A DNA stretch of 64,000 nt, from the NCBI GenBank assembly GCA_014803525.1, contig JAAVBP010000006.1, positions 5,430 to 69,429 of the forward strand, read 5' to 3'. Under the pieces are notes generated by a model, which saw only the letters and a program-made list of their open reading frames with translations, did not search any database and was not told where the DNA came from. Positions 29,183-38,695 of this stretch are shown here, piece after piece. The first letter of the stretch is position 1. Every line of letters starts with the position of its first letter. Origin of the DNA: a bacterium (lineage in GTDB: Bacteria > Pseudomonadota > Alphaproteobacteria > Rs-D84). Both the position numbers and the translations under genes were made by a program.

Positions 29183-29228
29183 TCCCCGTCGCAAGCGAAG
29201 GGGAACAGGTACCAAACCCAGCACGAAT

Positions 29229-29262
29229 AAAAAAATCCCCGGCGAATGCCGGGGGATTTTTT
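29229..29262. terminator. Bidirectional terminator pfkA/dnaK
   Basis: A-tract-tccccggc-gaat-gccggggg-T-tract. Confidence 0.75.
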
Positions 29263-29263
29263 G

Positions 29264-31162
29264 TTACTTCTTTTCAGAAAAGTCTGCGTCGACGGTGCCA
29301 TCTTCGTTCGGCTTTTTCTCGTCGCCTGCGGAGGCAGCATTCTGTTCGGCCTGGGCCGCTTTATAAACCGCTTCGCCCAATTTCATTGCCTTGTCGGTCA
29401 ATGCGTCTGTTTTTTCTTTCAAAGATTCTGCCGTTGCATCTGCCTTGGCCAGTTCATCGGACAAAGCCTTTTTAGCATCTTCAATCGCCTGTTTCTCATC
29501 GGCGCTGATTTTATCGCCGTGTTCTTTCAGGGATTTTTCGATACCGAACACCGCAGCCTCGGCGTTATTTTTTGCTTCGGCCAAGGCGCGCTTTTTCTTG
29601 TCCGCCTCTGCATTTGCGGCCGCTTCATCCACCATCTTTTTGATGTCTTCTTCGGACAGACCACCGTCAGACTTAATAGAAATCGCCTGTTCTTTACCCG
29701 TGCCCTTGTCTTTTGCCGATACGTGTACGATACCGTTTGCGTCAATATCAAAAGATACTTCAATCTGCGGCATGCCGCGCGGGGCAGGGGCGATACCTTC
29801 CAAATTAAACTGGCCCAGCAATTTGTTATCTGCCGCCATATCACGTTCACCCTGGAATACACGGATTGTCACAGCCGACTGATTATCTTCGGCGGTTGAG
29901 AATACCTGGGACTTCTTGGTCGGGATTGTTGTATTACGGTCGATCAAGCGGGTAAATACACCACCCAATGTTTCAATTCCCAAAGACAGCGGTGTTACGT
30001 CCAGCAACAGAACATCTTTCACATCACCTTTCAGAACACCACCCTGAATCGCGGCACCATCGGCCACAACTTCGTCCGGGTTCACACCCTTGTGCGGGTC
30101 ACGACCAAAGAATTCTTTAACAACCTCGGCAACCTTTGGCATACGTGTCTGGCCACCGACCAAGATTACTTCGTTAATCTGGGATTTATCAATACCGGCG
30201 TCTTTCAACGCTTTCTTGCACGGTTCAATTGTGCGCTGAATCAAGTCATCGACCAGTGATTCCAATTTAGCACGTGTAAGCGTTGTATTAAAGTGTTTCG
30301 GACCGGTTGCGTCCGCTGTCAAATATGGCAGGTTGATATCGGTTGATGTCTTGGACGACAATTCAATCTTTGCTTTTTCCGCGGCTTCCTTCAAACGCTG
30401 TAACGCCAATTTATCGTTCTTTAAATCGATACCGGTTTGTGCCTTGAATTCAGAAATCAAGTATTCCAAAATACGCGCGTCAAAGTCGGAACCACCCAAC
30501 TGAGTATCACCATTTGTAGATTTTACTTCAAACACGCCATCAACGATTTCCAAAATAGAAACGTCGAATGTACCACCACCCAGGTCATATACGGCAACGA
30601 TACCATTCTTGTCCTTTTCCAGACCATACGCCAATGCGGCGGCCGTCGGTTCATTAACGATACGCAATACATTCAGACCCGCGATACGACCGGCGTCTTT
30701 GGTTGCCTGGCGCTGAGAATCATTAAAATATGCCGGTACCGTGATAACCGCATCGGTCACCGGTTCGCCTAAATAGGTTTCGGCATCTTTCTTTAACTTT
30801 GCCAAAATCATCGCCGAAATCTGGGACGGGGCATATTTTTTCCCCTCCATTTCAACCCATGCATCGCCATTATCGCCACGAACGATTTTATATGGTACAC
30901 GTGCGGCAATTTCTTTGACGACCGGACTGTCATAACGCAGGCCCATCAAACGTTTAATTTCATAAATTGTGTTTTCAGGATTGGTTACCGCCTGGTTCTT
31001 GGCCGTGATACCAACCAACTGTTCGCCATTCGGCGTCAATGCAACAACCGATGGTGTTGTGCGTTGCCCTTCGGCATTTTCGATAATTTTCGGGTCATTT
31101 CCATCCATAAAGGCCATGGCGGAATTAGTTGTACCCAAATCGATACCTAATACTTTTCCCAT
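29264..31162 (-). CDS. dnaK: Chaperone DnaK
   Basis: [39 protein letters not shown]. Confidence 0.98.
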   Translation of the reverse strand: MGKVLGIDLGTTNSAMAFMDGNDPKIIENAEGQRTTPSVVALTPNGEQLVGITAKNQAVTNPENTIYEIKRLMGLRYDSPVVKEIAARVPYKIVRGDNGDAWVEMEGKKYAPSQISAMILAKLKKDAETYLGEPVTDAVITVPAYFNDSQRQATKDAGRIAGLNVLRIVNEPTAAALAYGLEKDKNGIVAVYDLGGGTFDVSILEIVDGVFEVKSTNGDTQLGGSDFDARILEYLISEFKAQTGIDLKNDKLALQRLKEAAEKAKIELSSKTSTDINLPYLTADATGPKHFNTTLTRAKLESLVDDLIQRTIEPCKKALKDAGIDKSQINEVILVGGQTRMPKVAEVVKEFFGRDPHKGVNPDEVVADGAAIQGGVLKGDVKDVLLLDVTPLSLGIETLGGVFTRLIDRNTTIPTKKSQVFSTAEDNQSAVTIRVFQGERDMAADNKLLGQFNLEGIAPAPRGMPQIEVSFDIDANGIVHVSAKDKGTGKEQAISIKSDGGLSEEDIKKMVDEAAANAEADKKKRALAEAKNNAEAAVFGIEKSLKEHGDKISADEKQAIEDAKKALSDELAKADATAESLKEKTDALTDKAMKLGEAVYKAAQAEQNAASAGDEKKPNEDGTVDADFSEKK

Positions 31163-31245
31163 TTTTTCACTCCTTGTAAACTCTGTTTGCCTCAGATATA
31201 GTGAACACGAAAAAGCATTTCAAGGCCACAGGAATAAAATAATAC

Positions 31246-31275
31246 AAAAAAATCGCCCAAAAAGATGGGCGATTT
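31246..31275 (-). terminator. Terminator after rplY
   Basis: aatcgccca...tgggcgatt with an A7 tract (U-tract on the minus strand). Confidence 0.7.
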
Positions 31276-31294
31276 AATATTGCACATGCAAATA

Positions 31295-31906
31295 TTATTT
31301 CTTGGCCGGTGCCGCAGCCGCAGGTTTCGACGCATCTGCTTCTTCTGGCATTTTACCACCAATGGTAACGAACGCCAATTCTGCCTGATGCAGACCCAAT
31401 TCAATACCCGCCGGCAATACCAAATCAGTACCGTGAACCACATCACCAATGGTGAGTGTCGCCAAATCAATTGTGATCTTTTCCGGCATCGCATCAACCA
31501 AACCGCGCAAAGCAACCTTGCGTACCGCAAAGTTCAATACACCGCCCAGTTTCAAGCCCTTAGAAGTTTCAGCATTGATAACTTCGACCGGAACAACAAC
31601 GTTAACCGGATTTTTAACATCGATACGTTTAAAGTCCGCATGAACAACCGCATCACTTACCGGATGATACTGAATATCCATCAACATGGCGTCTTCTGTG
31701 CCATTCGGTGTTTTGATCTGGAACAGTTTTGTGCGCAGAGACGGACGTTTCAACAACATGTCGAAATCATGACCGTTCAGTTCGATCGCAACAGGCGCCT
31801 TTTTTTCGCCATAGATAACAGCGGGGATATTCTTGTTATTGCGGATGCCGCGGCTGGCCCCCTTGCCAACGCGCGCGCGAATTTCTGCATTTAATTCAAT
31901 TGCCAT
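31295..31906 (-). CDS. rplY: 50S ribosomal protein L25/CTC
   Basis: GKGASRGIR...IPAVIYG, QYHPV...HADF, GLKLGGVL. Confidence 0.95.
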   Translation of the reverse strand: MAIELNAEIRARVGKGASRGIRNNKNIPAVIYGEKKAPVAIELNGHDFDMLLKRPSLRTKLFQIKTPNGTEDAMLMDIQYHPVSDAVVHADFKRIDVKNPVNVVVPVEVINAETSKGLKLGGVLNFAVRKVALRGLVDAMPEKITIDLATLTIGDVVHGTDLVLPAGIELGLHQAELAFVTIGGKMPEEADASKPAAAAPAKK

Positions 31907-32073
31907 TTTAAATCCTTTTATAGCATATTTGTTTTTTCACTACGCGACCTCCAAGGGTGCCGCGCCGGGCCAATTATTTATTAAATCCTATGAAAAATCA
32001 AGTTTTTTATTCACATAAATATTGACATTAATGCATTTTAGTATAAATTACAACACAACAAGAGGACAAAAAC

Positions 32074-32898
32074 ATGTTTAAAGGCGAATTTAAGTTCGAT
32101 TTAAATAACGCACTTGACCGGGGACCGTTCTATTTTCCCCAGTACGAACAAGCGTACTGTATCACAAATGAACCAATCGAAGAATGGTTAAAATTAACAC
32201 CCGTCAAAAATCCGCGCGTTTTAACCGTTGCCGCATCGGGCGACCAGCCACTGATGTACGCCGCACACGGTGCGTCGCATGTCGATACATTTGATTTGAC
32301 ACTGAACGCATGTGTAATGTTGGACTTTAAAACATCTGCACTGCAACAACTAAACTTTTCTCAATACTTAGACACAGTCCAGGAATTAAGACACCTGGAT
32401 ATGCTGGCGGCGTCCGAAAATACCATTCGCGTCGTTAGTAATATGCCGCCCCGTACGCGCGCGCTTATGCAAAAAATAATCCGGCACCGCCCAAATGCAT
32501 TCCAGCGCGATATGGATGATGACACCGTATTCCCGTCAAATGAAAACACGTACGCAAAAATGCAACGCGCCACAACAAAGCCCTTTGAGTTTATATGGGC
32601 AAATCTGATGAACGTGCATAATTATATTGATGGAAAGTACGACATCATAAACACATCGAATATTTTTGAGCACTATATAGGCCACGGCAGACTGCCGGCT
32701 GATATAAAAGAAACAATTGAAACCCTGTGGCCACACTTAAATATTGGCGGTTATATCCTGTGCACAACACTATGGCCAACGGTTCCAGATGCACTGAAAC
32801 GCTTTCCAACAACCTGGGCCAAGATTGGCGCCAATATTTCAATACCCAAGAATATAGATTCAAAGTGGACACCCATCATTATTCAAAAAACGAGATAG
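32074..32898 (+). CDS. DUF3419/BtaA-like SAM-dependent methyltransferase-fold protein, paralog 1
   Basis: TNEPI, VLTVAASGDQ, DTFD, YDIINTSNIFE, LNIGG. Ends QKTR. Confidence 0.65.
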   Translation: MFKGEFKFDLNNALDRGPFYFPQYEQAYCITNEPIEEWLKLTPVKNPRVLTVAASGDQPLMYAAHGASHVDTFDLTLNACVMLDFKTSALQQLNFSQYLDTVQELRHLDMLAASENTIRVVSNMPPRTRALMQKIIRHRPNAFQRDMDDDTVFPSNENTYAKMQRATTKPFEFIWANLMNVHNYIDGKYDIINTSNIFEHYIGHGRLPADIKETIETLWPHLNIGGYILCTTLWPTVPDALKRFPTTWAKIGANISIPKNIDSKWTPIIIQKTR

Positions 32899-32903
32899 AA
32901 ATT

Positions 32904-33770
32904 ATGACAACATTCAAAGGTGATTTTACATTCAATTTACAGCGCGCATTAACAGCATATTATGATCCCATGTATGTTAATGCATACCCGACAACAAACG
33001 AACCGATTGAGCAATGGATCCCTTTGATGCCAATAAAAAATCCACGTGTTTTAACCGTCGCGGCATCCGGCGATCAGCCGTTATTGCATGCCGCCACCGG
33101 CGCATCACATATTGACACATTTGACTTAACAATCAATGCCTGCGCGATTATGGATTTTAAAACAGCCGCGCTGCAACAATTGAATCATTCTGAATATTTG
33201 GAAACAATCCATTTATTAAAACACCTGGATGGCATGAATTCTTTCATCTTCTATAACAAGGACGTCAGTGATTTTATAAAAAATTCATTTATACAAATCG
33301 TTAATAACATGCCGGACCGCACACAAGAATTGATGTACCATTTGATATACCAGCGCCCCGACGCCATGCAGCGTGACAGTGACTTTACACGAACATTTCC
33401 AACCAATCCAGAACTGTATAACAAGATACAACAAACCACTAAAAAACCATTTAATTTCATATGGGCTGATTTAATGAATGTATCAAATTATATCGAGGAT
33501 AAATACGATATAATAAATACATCAAATATTTTTGAACACTATATGTATGATCGCCACCATACCAAGGCCGATATCTATATCACCATAAAAAAGCTGTGGC
33601 CACATTTAAACCCGGGCGGTTATCTGCTATGTACAGCCGCCGCCCCTAAAACAATACTGTATTACCAAGGGTTGGAAGAAGTATTATTTGATATGAATGG
33701 TGACATTTCGTTCCCAAGCGTACCAAAAGATAATGCTTTTTATCCAATTCTTATCCAAAAGACGCGTTAG
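32904..33770 (+). CDS. DUF3419/BtaA-like SAM-dependent methyltransferase-fold protein, paralog 2
   Basis: Same motifs as paralog 1. Start ATG 32904 aligns with the paralog N-terminus (FKGxFxF). Ends QKTR. Confidence 0.65.
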   Translation: MTTFKGDFTFNLQRALTAYYDPMYVNAYPTTNEPIEQWIPLMPIKNPRVLTVAASGDQPLLHAATGASHIDTFDLTINACAIMDFKTAALQQLNHSEYLETIHLLKHLDGMNSFIFYNKDVSDFIKNSFIQIVNNMPDRTQELMYHLIYQRPDAMQRDSDFTRTFPTNPELYNKIQQTTKKPFNFIWADLMNVSNYIEDKYDIINTSNIFEHYMYDRHHTKADIYITIKKLWPHLNPGGYLLCTAAAPKTILYYQGLEEVLFDMNGDISFPSVPKDNAFYPILIQKTR

Positions 33771-34315
33771 CCCCCGCGATACCGCAAAATCATAAAACGT
33801 GCCCGTCCATATTGTTTATCGCGCAGAATTTCCCATGCCGCGTCATCCGGCAGGACAGACACCGGGGCATCTTGCTCCCACACAACGATCGCACCCGGAC
33901 GCGCAACGGCCGCAATTTTGCGAACAAGCGCCACACCCAAATCCGCATCAGCATAGGGCGGGTCAATAAAAATCAAATCTGCATCCGCACCAAACCGCGC
34001 AGCAACCGACAGTGCATCACCGGCGACCACACTGGCGCGCGAACCGATATTCAGCGCCGCCAGATTCGCACGCACGGTTGCCGGATTAATATCTGTAAAC
34101 ACCACACAACAATCCCCCCAGCGCGACAGGCATTCAATACCGAACGCACCAGATCCCGCAAAAGCATCCCAAACGTGGGTCGCCCGCACATCCAGTGACG
34201 ACATCATATTAAACAGCGCAATTCGCGCGCGATTCTGGGTCGGGCGGGCACCCGCGGGCAGGCGTAATTTACGCCCACGAAAATCACCCGAAATAATTTG
34301 CAATTTTGAATCCAT
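33767..34315 (-). CDS. rsmD: 16S rRNA m2G966 methyltransferase
   Basis: IISGDFRGRKL, RPT, DAFAGSGAFGIE, IFIDPPY. Confidence 0.92.
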   Translation of the reverse strand: MDSKLQIISGDFRGRKLRLPAGARPTQNRARIALFNMMSSLDVRATHVWDAFAGSGAFGIECLSRWGDCCVVFTDINPATVRANLAALNIGSRASVVAGDALSVAARFGADADLIFIDPPYADADLGVALVRKIAAVARPGAIVVWEQDAPVSVLPDDAAWEILRDKQYGRARFMILRYRGG

Positions 34316-34332
34316 ACCGTATACTTTATCAT

Positions 34333-34782
34333 ATGGATTTCATGAAACAAACTTTAATTTTAGCGCGTCGTGCCGCCGAACATGGTGACGTACCAATCGG
34401 CGCCGTAATTGTTCGTAATGGCAAAATTATTGCACGTGGCGAAAATAGGGTGCAATTAAAACGAAATCCAACACTGCATGCAGAAATTGTTGCTATAAAT
34501 CGCGCCTGCAAAAAACTGGGGCAAAAATTCTTGGACGACTGCGATATTTATGTATCACTGGAACCATGCGCCATGTGTGCAACTGCAATATCATTTGCAC
34601 GCATTCGGCATATTTATTTTGCGGCCACCGACCAAAAGGGCGGCGGCATCACCGCAAACGCACGCGTGTTTGATACCGACCGACACCTGTGGCACCCGGA
34701 AATTACACAAGTCCCAGAATACGCGGATGCATCGGCCGAAATGCTGCGCGATTTTTTCCGTGCACGTCGCAAGAAAAACTAA
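34333..34782 (+). CDS. tadA: tRNA adenosine deaminase
   Basis: VPIGAV, HAE, LEPCAMC. Confidence 0.88.
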   Translation: MDFMKQTLILARRAAEHGDVPIGAVIVRNGKIIARGENRVQLKRNPTLHAEIVAINRACKKLGQKFLDDCDIYVSLEPCAMCATAISFARIRHIYFAATDQKGGGITANARVFDTDRHLWHPEITQVPEYADASAEMLRDFFRARRKKN

Positions 34783-35903
34783 ATATCCACATCCATATTG
34801 CATATAGACAGAACCTGGCCCTGATATTTGACGCGCAGATGACCACATTGTTGTTCGGTACTGTCACCATAAAATATATTCCCACCGAACCGCATCTTTA
34901 AACTGTGCGGGGTTCGCGGCACCGTGCGCAGATATAAATTATAATTATCCGAAAAACGCAGCACACGCCCGCAATCCAGCACATCATCAGATCCAGCCGG
35001 CGAATAGGGTGCAAATCCATCGGTTGCCACCGCACAGACCGCCGCGCCATTTGCCCCGACATAATCATCCATATCCATCATCGGCCCGCATTCAAATTTA
35101 CCAGTCCCAATGTTTGTTAAAAATTTACCAGTCACCAAATCCAGCATTCCGCATTCATCCCGCACAGAATCATATACCGGGATCAATTCCAGCACTTTGT
35201 CATCATTGCGCCATTGTGTAAACGAAAAGATCTTTAATGCGTCATGTGGCCATTTGACACTGCCGTCATAACGCAACTCTGCGAACAAATATCCGGGCAG
35301 TCCAACATTAAATTCCCCGGGATTTGAATATATTGTTTCCCCATCCAAAATCCAGTCACCATGCCGAACTTCCACAATATGCTTAACATTTATACTCCAC
35401 TCCCCCTTGTGTTCAGTCATCGGATGATAATCATTATATCTGATATAGGCAAAATTTGTATAACCATTCAACCAGTAGTGCCTATCACTACTATTGGCCC
35501 CGAACAACACATTATCACCCTTGATGGAGTCTGTTTCAAAAATCAGTTCCGTATCAATATCAGAACCTAAAATAATCCCGGTGTCTATATACTGGGTGCC
35601 TGTGCTTTTTAAATATTCTATGCGATGAAATCGATCCTGCATATCATAAAACACCGGTATCACACCCGGACAATAAGAATTTTCAGGACACGTCGCCATG
35701 GCCACACCCGCCACAGGAACATATTTTCCAACATCCGTTATTAAATAGCAATCGTTTATGCTGCTGGCATTCGGCAAACTGAATGGATACGCGGCCGGAC
35801 ATGATGCGCATATATCCCCAATAACATATTCACCAATATCACAATCTGCGGCCTGGGCAGATACACAAAACAATATTGATAAAGAAAACACCAATCGCTT
35901 CAT
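34779..35903 (-). CDS. Secreted Cys-rich surface protein with phage-tail-like lectin-type domain
   Basis: Signal peptide MKRLV...AQA. CPxxY/CPENSYCPG motifs. EYLKSTGTQYIDTG...LIPV...DLVTGKF..N.GTG.F domain. Confidence 0.65.
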   Translation of the reverse strand: MKRLVFSLSILFCVSAQAADCDIGEYVIGDICASCPAAYPFSLPNASSINDCYLITDVGKYVPVAGVAMATCPENSYCPGVIPVFYDMQDRFHRIEYLKSTGTQYIDTGIILGSDIDTELIFETDSIKGDNVLFGANSSDRHYWLNGYTNFAYIRYNDYHPMTEHKGEWSINVKHIVEVRHGDWILDGETIYSNPGEFNVGLPGYLFAELRYDGSVKWPHDALKIFSFTQWRNDDKVLELIPVYDSVRDECGMLDLVTGKFLTNIGTGKFECGPMMDMDDYVGANGAAVCAVATDGFAPYSPAGSDDVLDCGRVLRFSDNYNLYLRTVPRTPHSLKMRFGGNIFYGDSTEQQCGHLRVKYQGQVLSICNMDVDI

Positions 35904-35955
35904 TTTTACACCCAGGCCGCCAGCCCAACCAATAAATCTATATTTTCTAGATTTT

Positions 35956-38187
<2,232 letters not shown>

Positions 38188-38288
38188 GATGCATAAAAAT
38201 TAGAACATTTGAAAAAAAATAACAACAGTTTTTTATAGTGTTACATACCTAATATTTACAACAGATTGTTTTTATATAATTCTGTGAA

Positions 38289-38363
38289 CATAGGGGGCGA
38301 TGGTAACACCCCACTTTACCAAAGGGCAACGGAACTATTCGCTTGTTGACACACCCCCATATG
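38289..38363 (+). ncRNA. Candidate structured RNA motif, copy 1
   Basis: P1 ggggg/ccccc, P2 tggtaa/ttacca, core ccaaagggcaacggaactattcgcttgttgacac (38319-38352). TATAAT at 38275-38280. Confidence 0.45.
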
Positions 38364-38555
38364 CATCATTATCACACGACATTTATAAATTATCTATGGG
38401 AACGTTATCTTTTCTTAAAAGATGCATTAATATATTGATTTAAAAATCGATTTGTGCAAGACTGCGGCTGAATCCAATGGGAATTGGGTTCGGGGCTGTG
38501 GTGGCCCACAGGCGCGGCATATCCATAAAATATGTCGTCAAACTACCCCGACTCT

Positions 38556-38636
38556 GTCGGGGAGCCGTTTGCTATATAACAAGGCATAACGCCCAAAGGC
38601 AACGGAACATTCGCTTGTTGACACCAACTCCCCGAC
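38556..38636 (+). ncRNA. Candidate structured RNA motif, copy 2 (5' leader of the LRR protein gene)
   Basis: P1 gtcggggag/ctccccgac, P2 cgtttgc/gcataacg, core ccaaaggcaacggaacattcgcttgttgacac (38593-38624). Confidence 0.5.
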
Positions 38637-38695
38637 CGCCAGTATCCCATGGCGGTTAATTTGTTTTATCCGGCAAATTTGATTCGGAGGGAAAA

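Noticed and set aside
32727-32903. N-terminal extension of the second DUF3419-like ORF, and similar extensions of rimM, rsmH, secA, recN, ruvB and the 34779 ORF
   Set aside because: They overlap upstream genes or promoters. Homology and SD or promoter positions support the later starts.
38319-38624. 33-bp direct repeat as a CRISPR array or glycine riboswitch
   Set aside because: Only two copies about 240 bp apart and no cas genes. The CCxAAGG-GCAA resemblance to glycine aptamers lacks the GGAGA and CUCUCAGG elements.
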